From contig NMRA01000997.1 of assembly GCA_002633005.1 (NCBI GenBank), positions 1 to 64,000 of the forward strand: a DNA stretch of 64,000 nucleotides. Reading direction: 5' to 3'. The notes beneath the pieces are model-generated. The model saw only the letters and a list, made by a program, of their open reading frames with translations. It did not search any database and was not told the DNA's origin. Source of the DNA: Phoronis australis. Lineage: Eukaryota; Animalia; Phoronida. Made by a program: the position numbers and the translations under genes. Shown here piece after piece: positions 25,978-39,087 of this stretch (the stretch's first letter is position 1; each line of letters starts with the position of its first letter).

Positions 25978-25997
25978 GTCAACGAGCCAATCCAGGT
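25931..25997. repeat. Perfect 20-bp inverted repeat with 27-nt spacer at the junction of the two MULE copies
   Basis: acctggattggctcgttgac (25931-25950) and gtcaacgagccaatccaggt (25978-25997); each arm holds a CCAAT motif. Confidence 0.9.
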
Positions 25998-28900
25998 GGA
26001 AGTGACGTAGTTCACGCGCATGCGTTCTATCAAGAGGGATTCCCTTTCCTTACTTCCTGTCGAAGTGTTGTGTTTTAGCATAGAATTTCTCAATTTTCAA
26101 GCACTGTGACAGCGGCATTGGATGAATTTCGACATGGTTCGTATGCCTGATTTATTATATTTTATGAGCTAACAGAAACAAATGCTCTTTTTGACGGAGA
26201 AACTTCGCGAAGGGCGCCTGTTTAAAAATGTGTGTGTGATGATACCTGGGTCCTGGATCAGCTAGTTGACATTTGCAAAATGTCAACCAGCGGAGTCAAG
26301 TAGAACTAATTGTCTGGTAATTCAGAACTGTTTTTGAAAAATTTCAGGTCATTTGCATGGAGTTTTTTGATGGCGTTGCGCTACCCGATAGATGACACAA
26401 GCTCGAATGAAAGATGAAGTGAATAATACAGGTTACTATATGAAAATGTTGAATTGCCATGTGTAAGTTATTCACAGGTGCACAATTAATTGGTGACATA
26501 TGTAACTGTGCAATTTTAGGGCTAGTCCTAATTTAAAATAATAATTAAGTTTCATTGTCATTCTAGTGATCATTTTTAAATATTACACATTTCATCTTTA
26601 GGATGGCCATATTTACTCACTAGTTATGATATTGTTTCACATCTTTCAAGATATTCAATTTGTTTAAAAGTTAACATCATAAAGAGTGTAAGCTCCCAGC
26701 ATAGACGTCTCTGTGATGATGATCTTGTGCAAAAGGCCAAATCGATGTATTTTGATTAAAAAACAATAGATGTTGCATTGCTCTAATTTAATTTTGAGTC
26801 AATTGCAAAGTACCAATTACAGCTTAATTATTCTGAATTGATATCTTCGCCATAAGAAACAGTTAAATCTTAGAAATTCAGAGCTTATGTCCATGACTCA
26901 CTCAACATCTAATTGGCTAACAAAAATATCTTAGAAGTTGTCATCAAAGTACAATTCATCCATAATTAATGTTGATGTGTGCATTGAAAGTGTAAGTGAG
27001 ACCTAACAATTGATGTCTTACGAATTATTTTCCTAGGAAGAAAATATTTTTCGCAAAGTTGATCAAAATATTCTCTGATTATAAACCCACTGTCCATCAA
27101 AATGGAATTGACTGAGTCACAGCTACTAGTATGTGACTTGCATTCAATTTGTTCCTTTTGTATGCAACGCTTTTTTTACTCCATGTTACTTCTTGCAGTC
27201 TTCTTGTCTCAATGTACCCAGTTGTAGCTCAGTGGAAACTGATTCTGCATTCTGGAACATAACACACATGGACGGCGCACCATAGGGGCCTTGGGGGGGG
27301 AGCTATAGCCCCACTTTTTTCAGTGCTCCGGCGCCCATGTTCTATGGGCGGTGTACCACAGGGGGGATGGGGGGCTGCGCCGATCATGACACATATGACA
27401 GTTTGTCTTTGATTCTGCAAACATTGACTATCATGATCTTAATTGGTTGTCTTTTATATTTTGAAACTTTAAGGTTTTGTTTTGTGATATTATTTTAAGG
27501 ATGATTCCTTATGCAGCGGACAAGCTTACTTAATAATAACATTATTTTGCTTTCTCATCAGATCACTGTCAAGCCTCAGCAGAGTTTATTCATGAAGACC
27601 ATGGGCATTTTCAGTGTTGTTGCCTTACTCGAAGGGAAGTAAGCAGTAACAATTTCGTCCTGATGTGCCACCACTCCGTTCATGTAGGAGGATACCCAGC
27701 CGTACCAGGCCTCTTCCCTGTGAAAGTCATAAAGAAAGATCTGTGCACACACATAGAGAAAGTTAACAAGTATGTAGTTCAAGGGGCTTTGCAACCCTTT
27801 TTGGTGTTACAAGTGAATTTTTTTTTCATCGACTTTTTGCTGTGAAATTAGTCTTTCAATCACCTTACTAGAGCTTTAGAAAGGATATCACAGTAAATGA
27901 GAGTGGTCTTTGAAATTGTAGTAAGACTTGTTGCAGATACGAATGTTAAATCTGTGCTCTCTAACAAACATACATACTCGCTGGCTGTAACAAGTGACAT
28001 GCTTGAAAAAAGAACAGAAAAAGTAAAATTGGGACCACCCCCACCAACGCCTAGTTAGTTTTTTTTGGTCATTTTTAAGAGTCCAAATTTGGAAATACGA
28101 ATGCAAATTTTCAAATATAAATCAGAACTGTTTTTCCTGTATGGTGCGCTGGGTTGTCATTTCATCGGAAAAGCAACATGTAGGGTTTCTAGTAATAACA
28201 ATGTTTCAGATCTCCCAAGCTTAGTAGTTTTGACTACTTAGAATTAAAATTCTGACATTGTGAGGAAGAAGCAGCAAGTGGTTTAGTTTTCAGTTTGTAA
28301 CTTTGAACCTAATGGGGTTTTATACAGTGCCTAAGATTGGCGGTGAAATCTATATATTATATATACGGAGAACAGCAGTGTTTTGTGACCAAGCTGTTTA
28401 ACGGAAAATGTTGAATGCTATAGGCATTAAATTGAGGCTCTTACAAAACATTTACCAGTTCAGTAAATGTCATTACTACTGTGTAAAGTAAGTACCTGAA
28501 AACACATTTACACAGTTTTAATTGCTGAAGTTTCTATTTCAGATGCATCAACCACAAAACATCTTGGATCCCATTCTTCATTGTGCTGTCTCAGGACCAA
28601 TAGAGCCTTCTGCAAGGATGCAATATTTTCATTTTCGAGTACCAGCCATCACTTCATATCCAGCATTTGTCGTGACACATACTAAAAACAGAGGATGGGC
28701 TTACAAAGTAGTCTGGTGTCTATAATAGAATTATTGAAATGTAGTAGGGTGTATAATTCGTAAGTCTTGTTTATTGATGACATTTACCATATGGTGTGCT
28801 TAAAGGTTATGTAGTACTCTAATGACAAGTCTGCACATTAAGTCAAATATTTACAAAACTGTAGAATTTTTCTTCGTGTTGTATAACATAATGTTCAAGA

Positions 28901-31900
28901 TAAATCTCATAAGTGCTGTTACAGTTTGGTAAATTACCGTCTCATTTTTGTTTTATGCAATGTAAAAAATTCATGAAATTTATGCAATTCGTGCTTTCTG
29001 GTAGGCCCTCACACAAATGTGGAACATTGTAAAAAAACATTTCTTACGGCATGTTGGGGATTAGTTTATAAAGTATTTTCTGTAAAAGTTTCACGTGAAT
29101 CCAATCAGCATCTTGTAAGATGTCCCAAGGATGGACAAAATTGGACATTTTGATAGAGTCCTACATAACCAATGCTTTATGATTATTACGTATTGAGCAT
29201 CATTAACATTACCTCTGACAATTATGTCTTGCAGTGCTTGATTTAGTGAACTACAGATTGTGTTTGGTCACCTGGGAAAAATCCCAAGTCGCCATGAAGT
29301 CACCACTGCGAGTATCAAAGTCAGACAATTCCCTCGAAATTTGTTTCAAAGTTTGTGTTGACTCCTAAATTTTAAGTTACTAACAGTTTTCTTAGATTTG
29401 ATACCTTTGTTTACAAGTGTTTTGTTTATTTCATGAAATTGGTGCATTTGCCACCAACGACAGCAGTTGTCAAACTTGCATTAAAATTACATCAGGAAGT
29501 ACACAGGTGGAAGTTGGCGATAATCATGCATGATAAGTGAAACTAGCGCCTAAAGTGTATATGATCACCTACATTCTGAGTATGCGGAGTAAGTTCCCAA
29601 GAACGGAGTATAGCATAACCTTTTTAGCCAATTATTCTGATGACAAACATCAGTTTTGGACGACGTCAGATTTCCTTTGGCGACCTGGGATTTTCAGCAA
29701 GTAGCCAAATGTGACTTGGCTTCAAGCTAAGTGTTGAGCATCGTCTTACAATGCCTGCAATATCCCAAGATTGGTTAAGTATGATCATTTTTGCAAACCT
29801 AATAAATTCATGGTTCTTTAGTGAGAATATTTTGAATGTGATGGGCAGCAGGGGACGCTCCTGCAATTGAAATCATTATTACCTTGTCCATGACATGAGC
29901 TGAATGTTACTCTGATATTGGCAGATCAACAAATATATATTTTTCAACACATACTTGCTCCTAGTTAGGAAACATCAAGTCGTTGTGAAGTGTCTCTGAA
30001 ATCTTTTCTCTGTGATATAATATGCATTGTGATCAATACGATAGTTGGATAAAAGATGACTATGGAAAATGTAGCTAGTGAATCTGTTTTACCATTAGCA
30101 TAACTAGGGGTGATATGAAGTTAAAATCAGAAACTTCAGACTAAAGCAAACCACATTTGTACTGGCTGAAGTAATCGCTTAAAAGCACACAATGCATATT
30201 CTTAAAAAACATTCATTTTGGTTTGTGTTTTTAGAGTATGTCTCAGTACTGAGTGCTATGAACTTTCACAATTTTGACACAGGTTTAAACTGCCCTGTGG
30301 CTGAATGAAATTCAGTAATTGGTCATTGAGGCTAACTTCATTTAATGTACTTAGAAATGTGTTTTGATTTGAATTGACATTACCTAATTAACACTACATA
30401 GGACTATAATTATACTTGATTGCTATGCTCATCTTGTACCCTAGAAAAGCAACAACTTCTTGCATGCATATTGATTCTTCACATCTTCGGGTTTTTTTTT
30501 CCATCCAGTGACTTGCTTGGTCTGTACATTTTGTCTGTATGCGCCTTTAGTCTGTAATACCTGTAGAATGAGCTCTAGATTTAGTGATGAGGAAACAAGT
30601 AAGAATATCAAACTAATCATGATGCGGTTTTACATTTAAATCTCGCTTTAACAACATGATTGTACTTCAGCGTCATCACCTACTTCACTTAAAATGTATT
30701 ACAAAGTGTCACAAAGACTTGTATAATCTTGATTTGTTGTGTATACTGAAGGTTACTCAGATGTCTTAGGATTCAATACCTTTTTTGCTTTTGTCTGTTT
30801 GAGACTTGATGATACTCCATTACCTTTGAACCCACTAAGCTTATCTTAGAACTGTTTTTCGTTGCCCATCATCTTCAGTTCTGACTGTAAAGTTACTGTG
30901 GTTGTCTGAAAGAGAGGAATATACATTTTAGTAACAGTTTAGTTTTTTCACCGAAATGGTAAATTTGCTGTTTTGCATTGTATTAGGTTATGATTAACTG
31001 TCAGGCAAAGTAGAAAATATATCCTACAGCATACAAAATTGATCAATGTGTGTAACCTTTCTTGGGTTCTGACAGCCAGGGTAGTTTAACTTGGAAACAG
31101 GGATATCTTTAATTAACAATCTTGGAATGGGGCTTTTATTCAAACCTGTATGGCTGCCATCATGGGGCCACTAGCAACACAAATCAGTACAAAACTATCG
31201 GTACTCATCAGCCCAAAAAAACACCAGCAATGTAAGAAACCCCATTATAACAAAATAGTGTGCACAGTTTTGGTACCAACAAAACAAAATAAAAGTACAC
31301 CAAAATTAATAGAACACACAGTTGGACATTATAATCTGTATCTGATCTGGAGAGAAAGTGAAAACTGACTGAGTACTGAGCTAAGTGGTGGATAGTGTTA
31401 TTAACTACAAATGTCTAGTTGTGACGAAATCTTTGATATGAGAGTTTTAACACTACCAAAGAATAATTGCATGTATTCCAACTCACCTTCACTGGGTTTA
31501 TATAGGCCAAATTTCCAATTGCTCTTTGACAGCTGTGTAGTTCACTGACATCTCCACTTCAAAATCTTTTACTGGGTTTGATGCTGCCTCGTAATTTTCT
31601 ACAAAGCCTATTAGGCCTTTTGCGAGTTTATAACAATAACGCGAGGTTATGTGAGACTTAACTGTGACGTCACGGGAAGTGGGGCAAAAGCTTGTCGTTT
31701 GGTCATTTGCCGAATACGGTAGCAGAGTGTATTCTGTTATTGTCTTCGAGTTTTTAGCCGTTTAGTTCGAAAAATGTCCAAAAGCATTGCTGTTATGGCA
31801 AATGAACTTCAGATTGGCACTACAATACGTTCTATCGCGTTCTGTACTAATTTCGTCCCATGTATTTTAAACGGGCGGTAGGCGAAATCCCNACTGAGCG

Positions 31901-32559
31901 AAGTGCGAGATCTGGCGCGTGACGCTTGCAAAATAGCATGAGAAAATATCAAGTGAAATTTGTAAGATTTGTGTCCCTCGGACATTTTGTTCGTCAACAG
32001 GCGTGATTTCACGTAACTTCCTGAAAATGGCGGCTCTTTAGTGAGAGAAACTCGAGGGAACCGCAAGGTTTTCATGAATATGGTCAAGTTATTTGTAGAC
32101 TACATTGTGTCCAGAGTCAGCTGGGTATGTGTTAATTATAACTTCATGTGCACATATGCATGTTTCATTTGATTTTATTTGCTGTATTTTGAAGTGAATA
32201 TCTTTTTATGGGGATACACTATCGCCCCTGTATGCCTGCGCCATTCAGGCCTAGAGCGGGTTAAGTTCCAATTTCAGTCCGTTCACAGCTTCGCACAACA
32301 TAACAAGGTTACATTTTCTTCGTCTATTCACAGTTATTCCACGACCCATCTACCATATCTTAAGTCGTTTTAACGTTTTAAGCGTAAAATTCACCATAAG
32401 AACTCCAGTAAGTTTTAGCGTGTGTAGCAAAGACTCGGGGCAAAAGAAGAGCAATATGGCGGGTTTTGCCCCCTTTCCGGTGACGTCACAGTGACTAGCG
32501 AGAAACTCGCAAGTGAGCTAGGCCAACATTCACCATTCTGCCTCCCGGGTACCTTTTGC
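25978..32559 (-). mobile_element. Dead spliced MULE/Mutator transposon, copy 2 (tandem with copy 1)
   Basis: 26866-31608 is collinear with 20525-25261, with scattered substitutions and indels and the same stop and frameshift in the core exon. Ends in ctcccgggtaccttttgc (32542-32559); its 5' part is replaced by other insertions (31609-32541). Confidence 0.75.
31613..32519 (+). mobile_element. Non-autonomous TIR element with THAP relic (PIF/Harbinger- or ISL2EU-like)
   Basis: Imperfect inverted ends (ttgcgagtt...gtgacgtcacgggaagtggggcaaaa versus ttttgccccctttccggtgacgtcac...aactcgcaa); KHCCYGK*TSDWHY near 31780. Confidence 0.55.
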
Positions 32560-33991
32560 AGCGCAGACAACGAAGGTATTTGATAGCAGTCGGACGTGTC
32601 GACCGAGCTCTCTGTTCAGCGTTAGGCGGGAAACTGCCGACACTCGTTTTGTTTCAGTAAGTTTACGCTATCACTAATCTGAAACGAAAATTTGTAAAGA
32701 TTAAGTTTAAATCGTGTTATCATCCACGATACTGTTTTAAGCCGCACCGACTTCTACTTTGGAATCAACTGAGGAACAATGTTGCAGAAGAACGCGTACG
32801 CGTTGCCCCTTGGTGTTGTATAGGCATATATAGAAATTTTGTTGAAGAATGCTGTCAAGTTTTTTGAAAAGTAGAATGTTCCTTTCAGAGTCGCATTTCG
32901 TGTATAACAATGTCTTTTGATAAACGAAGTAAGAGTGTGAATTTCATGTGTTGCGTCTTTCTACATGGGTCAATGCTAGGCCCTATTAATTTTGTACTTT
33001 AATAAGTAACTAGTAGGCCTACTTGTGACAACTTGTGTTAATCATGTTTTCTTGTCCTATTTTCCTGTACCGATGCATAGTAAACATTTTATTTAGTTGC
33101 TTCCTTTCTACGCATTATTACAAACTAGCTAGCCTTGGTGTAAAGCTGTTTGTCTTCATAGTGCTAGTTGTCTTGGTGGCTAGGTGTAACTTTGTGTTCA
33201 TTTCCTTCCAATTCAAACACATTTTTTTCAAATCCAAGGCCATCACAGAGTACCTCAGAAGGGAATGAACAAATTTACGTGCAACTTAAAGATATTACAT
33301 TTTTTGCACTGTTCACCAAAATACTGTTACGTATTGATTTAAAATGTTCTACTTTTGCATCAGGAACTGTCAAAAATAGGGCGGATTTTTGTGAAAAAAT
33401 CCAAGTTGCATCAAACGAAAAGAAAATGATAATTTAGAAAATGGCTATGACAAAGATTTTGAGATTTTATTTGTAGCATTTATATCATAATAAATTTAAT
33501 CATGTAATTGATCTCGTGGTTTTGCTTTGAATGTACTTTCCTTTTGTTCAAAATTTTACGATAAAAGCATAATCACTTGAGCTTATTAATGGCAGGTTGG
33601 TTTAAAGTCAGCTACTAACTTCTAGGTAAACTCTGCTTTCAGAAAATATATACTTTCGCTGAGAGTTATGTTCTATAGTTGTACAGATATTTTGCTAAGT
33701 GTACAGATTTGTCAATAAGGTCCTATGTAACCTTAAAGTGGTTGTTGTTAAATGTTAATAAGAACGAATACAAACAGCAGTCATCGTTTTGCTCTGATAA
33801 AAAACCAAAGAAGTTGAATTTACATTAACTTGCCTAGGACTATTTTAGTTCCATTTACAACGATTGAATGACTTTTGATAATGATATGCCCCAGTTTAAT
33901 GTCTATCGGTTATCAAAGGTTAGTTCATTGAAAAACACAGGTATGATGCTGAAATATGTCTTGAGTGATTATAATTATTTTCTTTTTGCAG

Positions 33992-35782
33992 GACCTGGCG
34001 TCGAACGATCCAGTTGCCCAGCTACGTCAACTGTTAGAGTGCCCTGCGTGTTCTAAGCGATCCAGTGACCAGAGAGTTTTGCCATGCCGTCACTCATTCT
34101 GCAAAGACTGCTTGAACAGTCACATGGCAGAAAAGGGGCAAAGTGGTGAATTTCCATGTCCGCTGTGCAAAACAAAATTTGCTGTTCCAAGAGAACGTGG
34201 TAGTGGCTTCAAGCATAATTTTTTTCATGACATTGTTTCGAATTATGAAAGCATGAATAAAATGCATTGTTCAGCTCATGGAGACCGGCTTTTGGAAAAG
34301 TATTGTGAACAGTGCAAGATGGCCATATGTTCACGATGCGCATCTTCAAATCATAAGCGACACGATCTCAAAGCTTTAGACGTTGCTGCAAAAGACGCCA
34401 TCGAGGTGATGCGTGATTTGTTGAAACCTTGGCGAGATGTTACGCAGCACTGGGAAATGTTGCGCGATAAACGACGGCAAGTTGCACAAAGTTATGTCCA
34501 GCAACAAAAAGCTTGTAAGAATGAGATAAAACGTGTATACAGTGATTACCTGGCAGAGATCACTCGTCAAGTCAAGGTTAATGAAGAGAAAGCTATTGCT
34601 GAGTTGGAAAAACAAGTAGAGACGGCGAGAAAACACGCAGAAGCTGCTTGTGTTGAGGCTGAACTGAACAGGGCGAAGTTTGCTAGCGTATATGATTATG
34701 TAAATAATGTTCTTGAGTCGTGTCATGACGCTGAGAAACTGCAACAATTTAATGAGATTAAGTCTCTTCTTAAAAACTTGAATATTGATCAAATCCAGAA
34801 GCGGGTTGAAAAATCAGTCTTTGAAATACAACCCGCGACAATTGCAGTTCCAAATGTAGCTGTGAATATTATGAAAAAAATGGAAAACGAAAATATTTCA
34901 TCCAATTTTTTTGAAAAATTTGCCTCGGTTGTTGCAGTTTCCAGTAAATCACCTGTCCACCGAGTGGGCCCTCAACTGGCTGTTAAAGATGTTGAACTTG
35001 AGCGGAGATTTAGCAGTCTGCTTGAGGGGGAGGGGAGAGGCAGTTGTTGGGGGCTGGCAGTGGGTGATGGGGTGGTGGTTGTAACGGACAAGAACAACCA
35101 TAATGTCAAGGTGTTTAATAAAAACACCTTGACATTCAAATTAACGTTAAACACCTCCCAGGACCGACTTCAATACCCTCTTGATGTAACATGTAATAGA
35201 CTTGGTGAGATCTTCATCACCTATGGCGGCATTCACGGTGTTGTCAAGTATGACGCCAGAGGTCAACTGGTGAAGGTCTACCCAGGTGTGTATCAAGGTG
35301 AGGGGTACATTACATGTAACACCGACCAGCTGATAGTGGCGGATACACAGGGTGGACGGGTGTTGTACACCGACTTTAATTGTAAGGTCCATCATCAAAT
35401 AGACGCCGGCTCCCTGGGTCTGAGTGAGTTCTCACCACGCTACATATTTGTGGATGAGAACACTGGACATGTGGTGGTGAGCCAGTACAAAACTCCACGT
35501 GTGTACGTGATTGACCCCACACAGCCGGCCGTTATACATACATTCAGTGAAGGACTGGGTGAGCCGTGGGGGGTGTGCGTTGATCAGTTCGGCCACATTC
35601 TCCTGGCTGACTCTGACCGGCACAGTGGCTGTATACATCTATTGACCCCTGCACGTGCACACGTGATAACCACGAGGCGTGATGTCTGCTGCCCTATAGC
35701 CATATGTCCGTCAGGCCCAGGGCAGGTGTATGTACTGGAGGTGGAAGGTGATGTGAAGGAGTTTAGTTATCTTGATATCTAA
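33992..35782 (+). CDS. TRIM-NHL E3 ubiquitin ligase (RING, B-box, coiled coil, NHL propeller); main coding exon, start codon in an upstream exon
   Basis: Uninterrupted frame after a strong phase-0 acceptor (ttttctttttgcag, 33991). RING CPAC..CRHSFCKDC..CPLC; B-box CSAH..YCEQC..ICSRC..HKRH; helical coiled coil; NHL repeats (WGLAV..VVVTDKNNHNVKVF, YPLDVT, PWGVCVDQFGHILLADS). Stop TAA 35780-35782. Confidence 0.93.
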   Translation, partial: DLASNDPVAQLRQLLECPACSKRSSDQRVLPCRHSFCKDCLNSHMAEKGQSGEFPCPLCKTKFAVPRERGSGFKHNFFHDIVSNYESMNKMHCSAHGDRLLEKYCEQCKMAICSRCASSNHKRHDLKALDVAAKDAIEVMRDLLKPWRDVTQHWEMLRDKRRQVAQSYVQQQKACKNEIKRVYSDYLAEITRQVKVNEEKAIAELEKQVETARKHAEAACVEAELNRAKFASVYDYVNNVLESCHDAEKLQQFNEIKSLLKNLNIDQIQKRVEKSVFEIQPATIAVPNVAVNIMKKMENENISSNFFEKFASVVAVSSKSPVHRVGPQLAVKDVELERRFSSLLEGEGRGSCWGLAVGDGVVVVTDKNNHNVKVFNKNTLTFKLTLNTSQDRLQYPLDVTCNRLGEIFITYGGIHGVVKYDARGQLVKVYPGVYQGEGYITCNTDQLIVADTQGGRVLYTDFNCKVHHQIDAGSLGLSEFSPRYIFVDENTGHVVVSQYKTPRVYVIDPTQPAVIHTFSEGLGEPWGVCVDQFGHILLADSDRHSGCIHLLTPARAHVITTRRDVCCPIAICPSGPGQVYVLEVEGDVKEFSYLDI

Positions 35783-35811
35783 TTTAACACACCTGTACCA
35801 TCACGTGGTTG

Positions 35812-35817
35812 AATAAA
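35812..35817 (+). terminator. Candidate polyadenylation signal of the TRIM gene
   Basis: AATAAA 30 nt after the stop, followed by GT/T-rich sequence; a second AATAAA at about 35938-35943. Confidence 0.45.
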
Positions 35818-37801
35818 TGTTTGTGATAATGTTTTGATGAAATGTTTTGTAAAATAACTGTTTGAAATTCTTGAAGTCTGTATGTAACATTGTGTGCAGA
35901 TGACAAAGTATTATTGGACGTAGTTTGTCTAAGATTCCAATAAAAGCTTGACATAAATGAGATCGTTTATACCTAAAGGCCTCGTGTATTTGAATGGTCA
36001 TTGTAGTTGTACTGATAAATACGTGTGTTTACCTGTTTTACAAACCTGTTTTAGCTGTGCGTTGTTGTGCGCGACGAGATTTTATCATCTTGAAACGCAC
36101 TTTCTAACATTTCTGTTCGAGTGAAACACGTGTTGTAAAGATTGTGCGCTGTTGTATATTTTCAATACCAAAATTCTATTCACGACGCCATTAACATCAT
36201 CATATTTCTACAATATGAAATAACTGTGATCATAGTGTTCTCAAGTGTGCAATTAACATTTTGTAACTTCAAATAGTCGTATTAATGCAAAATGTCAAGT
36301 TTGCTAGTTTTTGGTATCCTAATTGGAATTATTGGCTATTGATTGAACGGTAAATTCTTTGATTAAACTGGAATTACTTAATTGTTCGTTTTAATTGAAA
36401 TTGTCACGCTTAAAATTTTTAATCAATATTATTGCATACTTAAGATTTTCATTATCATCAAAACAAAATACATTGGTTAAATTGACGTTGTCATTTTCAC
36501 GACCTAAAAACGCAAGCTTGGGATGGAGTGGGATACAATTTTTGAACTAATAAGCTTTGAACAGACCTAAAAAACACAAAATTATTCTTTGTGTTTTGCG
36601 ATTTAATTACAAATCTCCAATTATCGCCGTTATTCGCCGACATTCGCTTGAAATACTCTCCCACGTACTGATGCTGGGACGAAGCGCAGCTAACAAAACG
36701 TTTGCCTGCGGCGCAACAATTTGTGAAGTTCGATTCCCATCTGAGGCTGATCTCGGAAAGTGATTCTTCTCGACTATAGTGTCGCCTTAGTCGTTGACGT
36801 GATCAATGAAATTGAAACCGAAAAGAATGTTTTTTTTTTATTTCAGGAACTGTGTTGTATCCTTGCACATGAAGTCAAACCACAAAAATCAATAAAGAAA
36901 AACTGGTCATTCACGCCCTTTATCGATTCATAAAAAACAAACGAATTTTGAACGTGAGGCTGTGTGTGTAAAGGTAATCTAGGTTGGTTTGCGTAGTGCA
37001 GACAACACACAAAATTAACGAAGTCCCTTACTAAAATTGCATCACATGTGTGCGGGTTGTCTTTGGTTAGGATTTTTGAGAGAAAAATCGTATAATATAA
37101 TATAACTTGACTAACAGTACTTGGGCCACATGCTGTACAAAACCGACCTTCTCTTGGGTTTAATAAACATCTTTCACTTTCAATTTACAGATCTAAATAG
37201 AACAACAGCAGATAAATGCCATTAGTATATAAATACTGAACATACTCTTCCATTATAAGATCATTTTTATAAAGCCTGAAATTGACAAGTTCACTTAAAG
37301 ATGACACTTTTTTCTCACGCTATAGATGGGAATGATCTCCACTAGGCTTGACTTAGATTTCAGACGGGCTGAATTCTTTATTGCTCTCTGTTTCGTTAAC
37401 ATACACTGAACAAACTAGTACAACATCTTTAATCTACTGATTTTTAAGATTATTTCGTAGCAATTCTATAATATTCATGTAACTATAACGAGAAATCATC
37501 GAGTCCGTTCTTAAGTTTGCCAACATGAGTATCTTTTGTTTGATGTCTAAAAGGTCATTTTGGCTACGCTTAGACATAACTTTCTAATAAAATTACTCTA
37601 AAATGAATGACTACAATGATATCTTAACCAGTCATTTTAATCACAATTAAGTAGTCATTATTTTTTCACGTACACGCTCGCTTTAAATTTGAGATGCTTG
37701 TTTACTCGTTCGCTTTAACGTCGTATAATGGTGTTAATTTTTTTGTGAACTATCGCCGAATGCTACACCATTCATTGTTTGCTTGTGAACCGAATGTTAA
37801 G

Positions 37802-37988
37802 TATTCTATTTTCACGTTCGATGACGTCAGCCGCTGAGTGGTGAAGTGGTAAAGTCGGCGACTCAAAACTATGAGGCCCGGGTTCGAATCCGGCCTCGGT
37901 TTCCCGCCAAAATGTTATCTCACTAGTGAGATAACTTTATGGGTTATTACACGGTCGTATCTGCCATTCGAGGCTAATATTGTGGTAT
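37802..37988 (+). mobile_element. tRNA-derived SINE-like repeat, copy 1
   Basis: A box tggtgaagtgg (37839-37849), B box ggttcgaatcc (37881-37891), 22-nt palindrome gttatctcactagtgagataac (37914-37935); near-identical copy at 51268-51455. Confidence 0.7.
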
Positions 37989-38099
37989 GAATTTACGTTA
38001 TCTTGCTTAAAATGTACACAACATGACTCGAGTGCCTCAAAATAAATTTTATTATTATATCTTACTAGATTTCAGTGCCTTTAGTGCACAGCTCATAAA

Positions 38100-38967
38100 G
38101 AAACACGCAAAATTGAAAAAATAATTATGTACAACGTCATGGGTTGAACCTAAGTTGTTCGCCATACTGTTCGGATCAGAGACGAAGTGTATAGAGTGAA
38201 GAGAAAGCAAAGTACATTTAGCGTCGAGAAGGTTCGTAGAAGGATCAAAAGATGTGTTTCCGGAGGCTGCAGCAACAGCAGCCAGGCGGAGAACGTCTCG
38301 GTGTTCCGAAGGACACCAAAGTTGCGCAGAAGTGGCATCGCTTCGTGCGCCGAACGAGAGTGTGGGACGTCATCGTGGACCAAGCGATTCGGTTCGGGGC
38401 CACTCTGTGCTCTGCCTACTTTGAGGACTCGTGTTTCGACTCCAATCACAGGAGACGTTACGATGAAGGCCTGGTTCAATAAAGGACAATATTTATCATT
38501 CAGAAACATCAGCTCTTAATTGAGGATCGCCTGTTGGATGACTGGGTTGACTCGCCGAGCCCGAGGCCGCTTCTCTCGCGGGAGGATCCAGTTCGTAAGG
38601 CTCAAAGTAGAAAAGTACGCTGCCGGAAGCACATTAAACTTATTCTCGCTTTCGTGCAATCCCATTTCCTCATCCTGACCACCATTCCCGTACGTTTCTT
38701 CATGATATTCGTTCAAATCTTTCTCATAATCGTCGTCGCTGTCAAATTCCCTGCTCTCCGCCATTGTTCAATGCTAGTCACTGATCTCTTGTGTTCAACC
38801 CAGGACGTCACATGGCGGGAAATGTGAAAATTGGCAAAATTGAAAGAAAAATCAAAATTTCGAGCTCATTACACAAAATAAATATGGGTTTAGCTAAATT
38901 TTACGTCATACATTTAGTCTGTGGCCACCGGTAATTCAAAATGTGCAAAAATCCATGGTGTGTACTG
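38100..38967 (+). mobile_element. Internally deleted Kolobok-type element: THAP relic (+) converging on an acidic second-gene start (-, ATG 38764)
   Basis: KRCVSGGCSN...PKDTKVAQKWHRFVRRTR...LCSAYFEDSCF (THAP, one frameshift). Minus strand MAESREFDSDDDYEKDLNEY... with FYFEPY in a shifted frame. Right end catggtgtgtactg|TTAA; left end approximate. Confidence 0.6.
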
Positions 38968-39087
38968 TTAAAAGACTTACTACAAATATATAAACAACCT
39001 GCTCTCCTAGATACTTTCACAACATAGAATCGAGAAAATTTGTGCAGAACAACACCATTACAATTTCCCAGATACATTACTAATAAA

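Noticed and set aside
33965-33991. ORF-track start MIIIIFFLQ of the TRIM gene
   Set aside because: GTG start inside the intron's polypyrimidine tract.
37830-37900. Functional tRNA gene (also 51298-51368)
   Set aside because: No convincing acceptor stem, the anticodon region differs between copies, and it is embedded in a repeat.
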